Shown: positions 51,955 to 64,000 of the stretch, in pieces
Layout of the letters: the number at the start of each line of letters is the position of its first letter
Numbering within the stretch: the stretch's first letter is position 1
Assembly: GCF_006345805.1 (NCBI RefSeq)
Contig: NC_043003.1
Span: forward strand, 55,366,001-55,430,000
Direction: 5' to 3'
Source: Octopus sinensis
Taxonomy: Eukaryota
Length of the DNA stretch: 64,000 nucleotides
The notes under the pieces: model-generated
Told to the model about the DNA's origin: nothing
Seen by the model: only the letters and a program-made list of their open reading frames with translations
Databases searched by the model: none
Made by a program: the position numbers and the translations under genes

Positions 51955-52217
51955 ATTCTTTTATTTGTTAAAGTCATTTGACTGCGACCATGCTGGAGTA
52001 CCGCCTTTAGTTGAAGATATCGTCCCCGCGAAATAATTTTTGTAAACCTCGTACTTATTCTATCGAAGTATTTTGCCGAACCGCTAGGTTACATAGGCGT
52101 AAGCACACCAGCATCAGCTATAGTTGAAGACACTTGCGCAAAGTGCCACACAGCGGGACTGAATCCGTAACCATGTAGTTTGTAAGCAAGCAACTTACCA
52201 CGCAACCACTCCTACGC
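51955..52217 (-). mobile_element. SINE family A, internally deleted
   Basis: Head and tail halves are joined without the microsatellite. Confidence 0.75.
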
Positions 52218-52244
52218 ATATATATATATATGTTTATATATATA

Positions 52245-52349
<105 letters not shown>

Positions 52350-52565
52350 GGGATGGTAATTGAAAACACGAATAGCTAAGTTTTTAAGAATTAATCATAT
52401 TCGAGGATACGATATAAGTATAAGGTGTTATTTAGAGATTCAACTGTGAGTCCAGCACATTTTATACTAGAAACAGCTATAAGCTAATAGAGTTCAGCTG
52501 TATACTAATCCTCCAGCACTTCGTTCTGAAGCATACGTATACTGAGTTCTATAACAGATTATTAG

Positions 52566-52599
<34 letters not shown>

Positions 52600-53371
52600 C
52601 GCACATAAACACACACACGCAGACATATATATAATATATATATATATATATGTATACATATCCATGTGTGGGGAGTGCATATATATACATATATAGAGAC
52701 AGAGATATAGAGGGATAGACAGAGAGACATACAGACAGACAGACTAAATGAATGCTGACATACTCGATGTAGTAAGTTAAGAAAGTAGGAGTAATTAAAT
52801 TTTCACCATTAGAAATGAGAACAATTATTGTCAAATTATCTCTTCTCGGTTAGAAAGTGCACTTAGGTCAAACCCAAAATTTTTATTGAAATTATATTAA
52901 GTATGGAATGCGAAGATTTATGAGTTTGATCTTTAGGAATGCAACAAAAGCTTCAGACTTTTCGGACCAGAATTTGTAATTTACATAAATATATGTTTCT
53001 TAGTACTAATGTTGTAAATTTACTTAATTGAAATTTCGTGGCTTGTAACAATAAGTATGCTATTTCCTACTTTACTATTAAGTTTCCATGCTGCAGATCT
53101 ACGCAGTTTTATTCCCCAGTCAATGTTTGAAAATTCTTAAGCCATACTGTGTTCATTCAAAACACGATCGTAATATATTCTGTACACATGTACGATTCCC
53201 TAATGCTTTTATACTCAGATTTGCTGATATTAGAATATATGCGAAACATGCCCACGGTTTGTACAATCGGGGAAACAAAATCAAGCATACTTACCACTGT
53301 ATCCCGTATTTTATTAATTTTAATTGTTTAATATTTCATACCTGTCTCTCCTTCTTATTATGATTTGTTAT

Positions 53372-53775
53372 AGGCGTAGGAGTGGTTGTGTGGTAAGTAG
53401 TTTGCTTACGACCCACATGGTTTCATGTTCAGTCCCACTGTGTGGCACCATGGGCAAGTGCCTTCTACTATAGATTCGGGCGACCAAAGTCTTGTGAGTG
53501 GATTTGGTAGACGGAAACTGAACGAGACCCGTCATATATATGTATATGTATATATGTATGTGTGTGTATATATGTTTGTGTGTCTGTGTTTTCCCCCCAA
53601 CATCGCTTGACAACCGAAGCTGGTGTGTTAACATCCCCGTAACTTATCGTTTCGGCAAAAGCCACCGATAGAATAAGTACCAGGCTTACAAAGAATAAGT
53701 CCTTTGCTCGACTAAAGGCGGTGATCCAGCATGGCCACAGTCAAATGACTGAAACAAGCAAAAGAGTAAAAGAGT
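53372..53775 (+). mobile_element. SINE family A, full-length
   Basis: Matches 24099-24515 from head to tail. Confidence 0.88.
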
Positions 53776-55436
53776 ATTTGATAATGTTTTAGCTTGTAAG
53801 ATGAATTAAATAATATCTCTTGGTTGACTAAATCAAGTATACTATTGAACATTCATTGTCATCTATATGTGTGTATATGAGAAAGAGAGAGGGTGTGCGT
53901 GTGTGTATGTGTGTGTACACATGTGTATCTCAGACAATATTTTATTTTGTTTTAAATTCATCTTGAACTGGTGAAAATTCCTTCTGAATATTGGAATCGT
54001 TTCAGCAAGGTTGCATGTGATGTTTTCTACCACTTATTATGAGCACTATTTAAGCTGAGGGAAAACATTCTTGATTACTTGACCCATTTCAAAGAACGTA
54101 TGATATATCTCCTTTCGTACGTGCAGCCACGTACCGAATTACGAGTAGCTGCATCGACCGAATATTTTCATTTAAGAGTGGAGCTTTGATTTCTCACTCA
54201 TATATAGCTACCATATCTATGACAAATCGTTCTCTACAACTCTTTCATATTTTTAAATCACTGCGCTGCCATTTCTGTCAGTCTAGTGCCAACGATGAAG
54301 GAAATCCTATATCAAGCAAAATTCCACGACATATCACTATTTTTTATACTACTCTCATCAAAGATCATGTGTGTCCCTAAGTTCTTCATATTTTAAGCAC
54401 TTTTATTGTACCTGCCTTCCAGAATCATACGTAACTCAACAACTAGGATTGAAATGTCACTTCAAACTAGTTCGATGCGTTGCTTTTTATTATGATAGCC
54501 CTAAAAACGAAATTGGAGCCTAATTGCCATCGAATCTTAGCAGAAAGTCAAAGTTGTATTGTGGCCATCAGATTTTCAACAAACGATCATGATAAAAACC
54601 GTGTTGCATGATCATTTGAGCGAAACTGCAGATTTTTTTATGACAGTCCCTGTTTTAGGTTGGCTGCAACCATCTTGGTATTTATCTAAAGGAACTGCGT
54701 ATTTAGGTCAAGAGCCCCAATGACTCGTACTGTGGTTATTACTATTTATTCTCTTCCACTGTAAAAGCGACACTCCTATGCATTCTCGGTACTGTGAACA
54801 GGTTGCGGTTTTTCTTGGCATTGTATGACATGGACATCAATTATATAACTCCTACAACTGCAGCTGAAGAGATTATAATTCTATAATTATTTCCACAATA
54901 GAAGTAATTCGACATAATGTAATAAACAAAAGTGATTTGCCATAAAGAAAACAGTGAAACACAGAAGGCATACTAGTATAAGTTAAACAGAATTTGGTAT
55001 GCTATTAAATTGACTTCTGATGATACTCAGATAACAAGGTCACTCGACAAAATTTTCTTGTTTCTTTAACAGAGCCCCGAGAGTATCAGTCAAATGAAAG
55101 AATGAAACGACATCTCATTTGTTATCTCTTGACCAAATACACTTAGCATGTCTACTAACAATACTTAAACCATTTACAATAGCTGAAGAATAGGCGGTAT
55201 TATTAAATCGCTCCACAAATTATCTCTACAGGACAAATCTGCATAGTTTTGTGTTAGCTACTTGATCCTGCAATGCTTGGTAGATACAGAAAATAACGGA
55301 ATACAGATGAGTTGGAGATATACGTAGTACTATTAAACACGAAACTATGGAAAAAAAAACCTTAATAGATTATATATAAAATGATTGTTTAAAGAGGAAC
55401 CGATAGCTGTTCACGACTCTCTAAAATTCTATCATA

Positions 55437-55484
<48 letters not shown>

Positions 55485-55488
<4 letters not shown>

Positions 55489-55657
55489 AGAGTTTGTGAA
55501 AAAAACAAAAGACGAAGACAGGTGGTGTACAAAACAAACAGATGTATTAGTATAACGCTCAGGAATAGAAAAAGTCTTTTATGTTTCGAGCCTACGCTCT
55601 TCTACAGAAAGGGACACAGAAAAAACAAGGAGAGAAAAATGTGTGTAGTGGCTAACG

Positions 55658-55660
<3 letters not shown>
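55485..55660 (-). mobile_element. Solo PLE 3' tail in (TA)n
   Basis: Reverse complement of the 22360-22525 family, with (TA)n on both sides. Confidence 0.78.
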
Positions 55661-55703
<43 letters not shown>

Positions 55704-55739
55704 CCATGAATGAGAAACAAGTTGGAAAAAATAGCACCC

Positions 55740-56115
55740 GACTACCGGTAATAGAGTTTTATGTTTTATTAATGATAATAATATATATATGTTATATTTT
55801 CTTAAGAACGTAGTACAGTACAGTATAAAGCTAGTCCAGCTTCAGATTTACGCTGTGCTATCCGGCAGTACTATTATATGTACTTCCAAGTTTGCTTTTG
55901 GGTATCTGTCTTGCGTGAATAGATAATTGGAGAAGAATATGTACGGTTGGATGTTGAATCTTTTGATCGCTACATTTGTTTCCACGCAGCCTAGATTCTG
56001 GGGCATGCAGGTACTTGATTATATAACCGCTTCCTTTCATTATGAAATCTAATTGTGCTTCCTCAGGCAATATGTAAATATTCTCTCCGAAATGAGAAGG
56101 TCCAAATTTATGCAA
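55740..56115 (-). mobile_element. Inverted pseudo-LTR homologous to the 3' end of the adjacent PLE
   Basis: The minus strand (cctgaggaagcacaattagatttc...ataatcaagt...gaaacaaatgtagcg) aligns with plus-strand 58611-58710. Confidence 0.7.
55967..56070 (-). ncRNA. Hammerhead motif in the PLE pseudo-LTR
   Basis: ttgc-CTGAGGA-[long imperfect stem II]-GAAA-caaatg-TA-gcga. Confidence 0.6.
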
Positions 56116-56149
56116 TTATATATATATAGATAACTACTCCACAAGTAAT

Positions 56150-57361
56150 CCTATAATACTCAATAAAGCACTCATATTTTCAATAAAAGAATTCTAGTTT
56201 ATCTAGTCAGATGTACACATAATGTTAACAGCACGAGAAACAGTTATGTATTACGACAACAAAATATGGACAACAACAGATAGAACGAATTCTTTCGGCA
56301 AGCCAATAGGTTCGAACGACTCAGCTCAGGTCACGGATATCGTAGGAACGTACAACGTATTGCACATCAAATCTTCATTCTTACAAATAGCGGCGAGTCT
56401 ATACACAGACGATGCCCTTTCCCTATTAAATATTGTACTAAAGTAGAAATGGAGGGATACAGACAAAAGCTACATAAATTATTTTAAAATGTCGGCCTAT
56501 CTATAACCACATACAGTGATTACCGTAAGATAAATTTCCTAGGTGCTACTTTTAACCGAATGTATCTTAGATAAATAAATTCAAAGTCCAATCACCTACC
56601 ATCTATAATCAAAGGAACACTTCAGAACATAGACAGTAGAATATCACGCCTATCAGCCACTGAAACTATATTCAATATAGACGCACCTTACTATAATGAA
56701 ACACCAGCTAGGGTCGGGTATAACGAAAAAAATCAAGCTCACGCCTGGCAAATACTCATGCACTTAAAGTAGAAAACATACACAACACGAAGAACAACAA
56801 AAAACACAAAGCAATAAACACAAAAACACAAGACAGAATCGAAAGAAATGAAAACTATAAACAAAGCCCAAAAGATTAACAATGATAGCGAAAGTGACAC
56901 ACAAACTGCCAACACCACACAAAGCCGATAAAAGGAACCAAACTAAAAATACTGAAATTCCGAGGTCCTCTAGTATAACTTAATTTTCGGATCGCAAATG
57001 TCATTGAAGATAGGTAAATATTTCCTTGCAGCGTTGGATAGGTGCTTCCCTAAAACACATAAATACTATCGTATCTTCAACAAGCACACAGGGTAAGTAC
57101 ACCACATCCAGCAAAATGGAGTACTACATGCACAAAAACAGCAATATAAAATATACATGCAAATAAGGACCACAGATATAGAACAAACAGATCAAAAGAA
57201 CACAGTACATAGGAACAATAAAAAAAAATAAACACAATAGGGATCACAAAACATGGTTAATTCGACACTTATAATAGGATTTAAACAAAAACTCTAAAAA
57301 GAATTGACAAAACAGGCTGTAACATCAAGAATACTTCAGACACTGCTAATTAATCGGAACA

Positions 57362-57451
<90 letters not shown>

Positions 57452-58079
57452 ACATACACACACACACACACACACACAAGAAAATCAACATATAATTACA
57501 AAAATAATAATAGTGCAAATAATTGCAGCTGCCGCAAGAAATCTGACTGTCCGCTCAGGAACCAACGCATACAAAAAAACATCATATACAAATGCACAAT
57601 TACCACACCATAACATAAATACGCATAAATAGGTGCACTCCTGAAACCAATTTAATATCCGTTATCGCAACCAAATTTCCTTATTCCAAAAGATAAGCCG
57701 GTGACACGCAACATTACTAACGGACCTAATAAGGAGATTAATAGAAGGAAAAATGAAATATGAAAGCGAATGGTCAATAATAAAAAATGCACACCTAAGT
57801 AATAGACCATCATACGTATCTGACTTGTGCCTTGTAGAAGCCCTGTGCATCCTGTTAAGTAGCAAAAACTTGGTAAATAAAAAATACCAAAATGTTCCTA
57901 CCGCGTCAAATGTGCATTTTCTAGATTCAAAACTGAAATGATAATAATAATCAAATGAACTCCTTCCTGTCCCCTTTCCCTATCCATGTGTGCGTGTGTA
58001 CTTATATGTGCCTGTCTGCGTATTTACTATATATGAATGTATGTCCCTACATACGTAAATATATATATATATATATATA

Positions 58080-58112
<33 letters not shown>

Positions 58113-58765
58113 GTGTATGTGTTGTTGTGTGTAACTGTGTGTATGCATACGCGAGCATCTCTCTGTATGTATATACGTGCGTGTGTATGTATGTATATAT
58201 ATATTAGTACATGTGTATATATGTGAGTGCGTTTACATATCAGTATATGAGTGCGTGTGAGTGTATATCTGTATGTAAAATATATATGAATATATACGTG
58301 AGTATATGTGTGTGTGAATGTATCCGAGCGTTAATAAGCTTATAAGTCAGGTATGGACAACCGAATGCGTAACCAACCGCGAAGAAAAAAAACAACAATA
58401 CAAAGAAATTAAATGCCAACCACTTTAAAATTGCAAACACTTTAACAGCAGCAAAATCACCATCTCACTACATCTACTCGTTCGTAGCAGTTTACCAAGA
58501 ATCCTTCACCAACAATATACCCTAATATTTTCAGTGACAATTACTAAATTCAGGCAACGAAGATGTTCTTGTAGCCGAGAATTTTGAACGGAGACAATAT
58601 TTGCTTATAACCTGAGGAAACACAACTAGATATCAAATTGCAAGGAAGTGGCTACATAATCAAGTATGTGCACGCAATTAGAACTACGTTGCGTAGAAGC
58701 AATTGTAGCGGTTAACAAATAAATGTTCAACTGTACTCCTTGTTGACTCCAACTTTTCAATTATC
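56150..58765 (+). mobile_element. Decayed Penelope-like retroelement (Naiad-like by motif), interrupted by microsatellites
   Basis: Remnants GS.DSAQVTDIVG, LYTDDAL (YRDD-like), SNHLPSIIK, RISRLS...IFN..APYY, IGKYFL..LDRCFPKTH..YRIFN, NCSCRKKSDCPL..NIIYKC...(Y)IG and LCLVEALCIL. A degenerate hammerhead lies at 58608-58714. Confidence 0.8.
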
Positions 58766-58767
58766 TA

Positions 58768-58832
<65 letters not shown>

Positions 58833-58839
58833 CTATCTA

Positions 58840-58870
<31 letters not shown>

Positions 58871-58901
58871 ACCTCTCTCTCTCTCTCTCTCTTTATATAT
58901 A

Positions 58902-59062
58902 TAGGTGTAGAAGTGGCTGTGTGGTAAGTAGCTTGCTTAAGAACCACATGGTTCCGCGTTCAGTCCCACTGCGTGAAACTTTGGGCAAGTGTCTTCTACT
59001 ATAACCTCAGGCCGACCAAACCTTGTGAGTGGATTTGGTAGACGGAAACTGAAAGAAGCCAT
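58902..59062 (+). mobile_element. SINE family A, 5' half
   Basis: Head through ggaaactgaaagaagcc, then (TA)n. Confidence 0.8.
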
Positions 59063-59075
59063 AGTATATATATAT

Positions 59076-59132
<57 letters not shown>

Positions 59133-59687
59133 GTGGTGTGTGTACATTTATATATAACTAAGGATACACACACTCGCATATATATAGATACACGACATCA
59201 TGATGAATATTGGAGAATTATACATTTCATGGAATATGAAGGATTTTCTTTGATAAATGAATAGTGAAAATGTGTAATTTTCCATTTCGCATTATGATGA
59301 TTTGATCATATACTCAGTAAACAACATAAAATTCACTAGAGCGAACTCGGGATTAAATTAGTACAATTTAGTTGTTCTTAAAGGATTCTAAATGTTCCTT
59401 CTCATTCAATGTGGTAAGAAAATTCTGGAATGTATCGGAGTGCTCATAAGGAGGTACCCGTTCAGATTTCAAATCTGTATTTCTTAATGTATATATATAT
59501 TTATATAAGGAGGTTACGAGAGGTAATGGTGTCATTAATACCCGAAAGTATCAGGTTCCAGGTTCGGGGATAATGCGAATAAGGGGTTCAACGTTGGTCA
59601 TATGTCAGCGTGTGTATATAAAAAGTTTTTTCGTAATGAGATAAAAAACCAAGGCCGTGTAGATTTTAGAACATTTATAGATAGCAG

Positions 59688-59735
59688 GTCTTACAGCTGT
59701 TTCCAGAATATTTGTTATATCCCTTCATCGAAGAC
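59688..59735 (-). ncRNA. Hammerhead motif with degenerate core
   Basis: gtct-TCGATGA-agggatat-aacaa-atattctg-GAAA-cagctg-TA-agac. Confidence 0.55.
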
Positions 59736-60057
59736 GGAGTGTGAGTATGGTTAAGAAATAGTTAATTTAGATAAGATATAAAGTAGAGTAAGGTAGAGTA
59801 AATAAAAGAAAATAGATGTGAGATATGTAGGGATACTGTATTTATAGATTAATTTTTTTAGGCAGAATGGTATACATATAAGATTCCAATACCTTATGAG
59901 TAAAATCCAATAGTATTTAAAATTGGTCATTCCAAGTATAGAGTTTATACACAGTGTCTTTGAAACTATTTTTTTCATTTAAAAAGACCTAAAAATAAGT
60001 AGTGCACTAGTAAGGTCAAATCGAAAAGAGGAAGAGAGGAATTAAGAAAGGGAAAAA

Positions 60058-60097
<40 letters not shown>

Positions 60098-60925
60098 GTA
60101 GTTTTGCGTCAACTAAGAAGTTTATCGGAAATATAAGTTGCACAACACTAACTTGACACCATACATAAATTTTAGATCATATGAACACAAGTGGTATCTG
60201 GAATATTTCAGCAATCATAACCGTGACGTAAATTACGGCATGAAATTCGATAGGGCGGGGAGAAGGGGTATCATATGTCAGTAAACGTAGCGTCAGGCAA
60301 TAACATGTATTTGCTTTCAATAAACTTATCGTAGAAATTTTAAGTTAAAATTTCTAGTGGTTCGAAAATATGTGCATTAAGAAAAACTCACACACATTCA
60401 AAAATAAAACAAAACTAGTTTTGAAATTTTATATTTAAGAAAATTAATATTATATATTTTGTCTTGCAGTTATGTTTGCTTTATGTTTTGCATTGCAGAG
60501 AAATTTAAATGAAAAAAAAAACGTAAATAAATAATTGAATTGAGAATTATTATAATTGAATATATAAATAAATACATTATTTACATATCGCTTAAAATCC
60601 TTTCACGTATTTCAAGTGGTGTATGTCAAACACATTCTGAAAGATTTAACTGAATTTTTCTCATTTTCTCGTTTGGTCAAAAGGCGTATGTATACATGAT
60701 ATATGTAAGTATATATATATATAATATATATATATATATAAATATTATATATATATATATTGCAATATATATATGTATGTATATATATATATTTATGTAT
60801 ATATGTATATATGTCTGTATGTATGTATATATATATGTATATATGTATATATATATATGTGTATATATATGTATATATATATATACATATATGTATATAT
60901 GTATATATATATGTATATATATATG

Positions 60926-60960
<35 letters not shown>

Positions 60961-61516
60961 CAAACACGTACATCGTACATTCCTGTGTGTTTAGTCCTGT
61001 ACGTATATGCTATGCATGTACAAATATGTGTTTGTGTGTGTGTTTTTTTGTGTATATGTTTGTGTATGTATGTGTGAATGTGTGTTTCTATGTGTGTATG
61101 CATATGATTCAGGATTTCGCTTAGGCATAGCGATACTAGTAACCTGCTGTTACGACTCAATATACATTTGGTTCAGAAGAAAGCGCTTTAGAAGAGTACC
61201 GTGTGTAATATAAGAAATTTCATGTACATAGACATGCATATTCATTTATACATATACACATATATTTGTACGCATATATATAGGTAGATAGATACATACA
61301 TACTCACATGCATACGTACAGACACACACACATACATATAAATGTATATATATATATATATATATAATTATGTGAAATAGAAAGATGAATAATCTTGTAG
61401 TAGATTAATCAAAAGTTAACCGATACCTTAGTAGCAAAAATCACAGCAGTGAACAGCACGGTTGGAGGTACAACCATCTGGCGTTGCAACCGTGCGTTGG
61501 TGCGGATAATTGAAAT

Positions 61517-61881
61517 TAAAACATTATTGGTGAATTGAAGAAATGGAGCTGAACGCAGATTGAACAGAAATCGTTTTATTTCATTCTACACGTGTTTCGA
61601 AAGGCACAAATTACCAAAATCCGATTGAATAATGGGACCATATTGTGTCTTTCTCTTCAGGAAGAAAAAAGGAAATCCGTTGGAAAAACAAGCCTCTGTT
61701 CTGTTTTTGTTTTTCCAACGCATTTCCTTTTTTCTTCCTGAAGAGAAAGACACAATATGGTCCCATTATTCAATCGGATTTTGGTAATTTGTGCCTTTCG
61801 AAACACGTGTAGAATGAAATAAAACGATTTCTGTTCAATCTGCGTTCAGCTCCATTTCTTCAATTCACCAATAATGTTTTA
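61517..61881. repeat. Near-perfect inverted repeat with 175-bp arms and a 15-nt spacer
   Basis: 61517-61691 is the reverse complement of 61707-61881, with one mismatch found by eye. Confidence 0.95.
61732..61818 (+). ncRNA. Type I hammerhead ribozyme motif (mirror copy on the minus strand at 61580-61666)
   Basis: ttc-CTGAAGA-gaaagacacaa[loop]ttgtgcctttc-GAAA-cacgtg-TA-gaa: canonical core, palindromic stem III, GUA cleavage triplet. Confidence 0.85.
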
Positions 61882-61978
61882 TATATATATATATATATAT
61901 GAACAAAGAAATGGAGTTAACGCAGGTGTAATCAAATATTTTTACTTTCGACACATGTTTCGAAAATTCCACTGATAC

Positions 61979-62010
<32 letters not shown>

Positions 62011-62031
62011 TATTTATATATAGACACACAG

Positions 62032-62082
<51 letters not shown>

Positions 62083-62759
62083 GAGAGAGAGATATGCAAA
62101 TATACGTAAACACAAATGTGTATGCATAGAGATAGAAGTATTGATAGATAAATGCATAGACAAACAGATAGATACATAGTTAGATAGAATGATAGACATA
62201 TAGATAGAAAGAAAGAGTGAGGGGGTATAGTACATAGTTAAAAATCTTCAATTGAAGAGAAAATGCTGCTTCTTCCTTCGATAAGTATAAATTTTAGCGA
62301 GAGATATATGGCGTAACTTTTTGAAATTTAGAACGATGTGAATGTTACAGCAAGAAACCCTTGAACTCCTTAAAACAAATATGGTTAAAATCTATATCGT
62401 CAGACAGTGTTTGTATTTTACTCAGATGTTGGCGCAAATAGATTACAGTAGCAAAATTTCCTTCTTTTTATGGATATGTGCTCTCCATTTACTTATTGGA
62501 GAGCTGCCTTTGATTTGTAGAAGATTAGATTGTTCTTTCTCGCATGATATTGTTTCTCACATGACTCTGTAACATAGTGGCCCTCCTGCTAGCTGGCTCG
62601 TTTACAGCTCTGAGCTTGGTTGAAACAACTACCACTTTTGCTAGCAATCTTTTACTGATGATAATTGTCATAGATCTTATGCAAAAATTCCTGATGTATT
62701 TTATAACATGGAGACATATTCCTCTATTTTACTATTTTAGTATACCTAGCGTACTATAT

Positions 62760-63633
62760 GTTCATTGACTTACAGATTAACGTTGTTTATATAACCTCAT
62801 GCACCAGAGCATCCCCGTATTTCATGGCGAAATTTCATGATAAATCTACTGGCTGTAACTTCGTTTATCACAACCTCTATTATTCCATAGACCGCATAAG
62901 CTGCGAAGATAATGAAGACATTTCAAAAGCTGTAAAAAGGGTGGTGGAAAATAGACAAGAACAACACATTTAAGCTATCCCTTATTATGCTAGTCATATC
63001 TATGCCAGGCACGAAAGCAATCTATATTTCAGTATTTCTGTTAAGAAGATGCATACACCCGTACGAGTTTGTCATAAAAAATAGAATTGTATTGTTAATT
63101 TGAAGTTCGGATTTTCCTCGAATGGAAACGCTGGTCAGTCTAGCCCATTGGGGTGGAAAAAATTCTCAATGAACCTTACGTGCAGAGTAAATTAAAGTGG
63201 CATTTTACTACTAAACTTTCGCAAATGCAGGATAATTACTTTCAAAGATTCTGAGAACAAAGATCGATGCATCGTAATACGTTTGAAAGAATATTGACCT
63301 GAGTCTCAAACGGCTCAAATGGTTTTAATGAAATAGCTGTCATGATAGGCACAAAATCCAGGTTTCATACCGGAAATGGGTCCACTATCTCGCCAGCTTG
63401 TAAAACTATGGTGGAAATCATGGAGGAAAAAGCTAAAGAAACTATTAACAAAAATTTCAAATGATACAGCACACACAAACACTTAGATCTAAGAAATGAT
63501 CCCTATTTTAGCTAATCAGCTGAAAACACTGGAAGAAAACGTTGACTGCTATTTCCCTAATTGAGCAAAGAAAATTGCAACTGGGGTCAAAAAGACTTCA
63601 TAAATAATCCATTCCAATGGTCGCAAGTTTACA
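62760..63633 (+). pseudogene. Possible highly decayed DNA-transposase fragments
   Basis: PYYASHIYARHESNLYFSISVKKM (Sola-like) and LEENVDCYFPN...FINNPF (hAT-like), with many stops. Confidence 0.3.
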
Positions 63634-63733
63634 ANNNNNNNNNNNNNNNNNNNNNNNNNNNNNNNNNNNNNNNNNNNNNNNNNNNNNNNNNNNNNNNNNN
63701 NNNNNNNNNNNNNNNNNNNNNNNNNNNNNNNNN
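63634..63733. other. Assembly gap (100 N)
   Basis: Run of N. Confidence 0.99.
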
Positions 63734-63860
63734 NCTTTCAGTTTACGTCTACCAAATACACTTAAAAGTCTTTGGTCGAGGCTAGAGCGGAAGACACCTT
63801 CCCAAGGTGCCGCGAAGTAGGACTGAACTCGAAACCATGTGGTTGGGAAGCAAGCTTCTT
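63734..63860 (-). mobile_element. SINE family A fragment next to the assembly gap
   Basis: ctttcagttt..gtctaccaaat...ccaaggtgcc...aaccatgtggttgg. Confidence 0.7.
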
Positions 63861-64000
63861 TATTTTATCAAATTAACCATAAAGGCTTTACATAGATGGA
63901 ATCAAATTCTGGATGGACAATAACACAAATGAAATAAATAATGAGTAAAATAGTGATACTGATGAGGGAAGGAGACTACGCTTCATCAATTTGTTTCTCT

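Overview
AT-rich, microsatellite-dense eukaryotic genomic DNA. I infer a coleoid cephalopod (Octopus-like) from the SINE families and the (TA)/(CA)/(GATA) load. I can support no host protein-coding gene; nearly all listed ORFs are microsatellite translations or antisense frames. The window contains these transposable elements: (1) a near full-length ~6 kb Tx1-like L1 retrotransposon on the minus strand (35763-41760) inside a (GATA)n-based minisatellite, plus a related 5'-truncated copy beside (AAT)n; (2) two decayed Penelope-like elements (PLEs) with RT and GIY-YIG remnants; (3) mariner, Tc1/mariner-like, hAT and Helitron relics; (4) three tRNA-derived SINE groups; (5) a 1.3 kb tandem duplication. 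The most notable signal is about 15 hammerhead-ribozyme-like motifs from several unrelated families. They include two inverted-repeat cassettes with a hammerhead in each arm (one with a G3:C8 core swap) and one retrozyme-like partial tandem unit. One SINE subfamily appears to share its 3' tail with the Tx1 LINE. All folds and alignments were done by eye.
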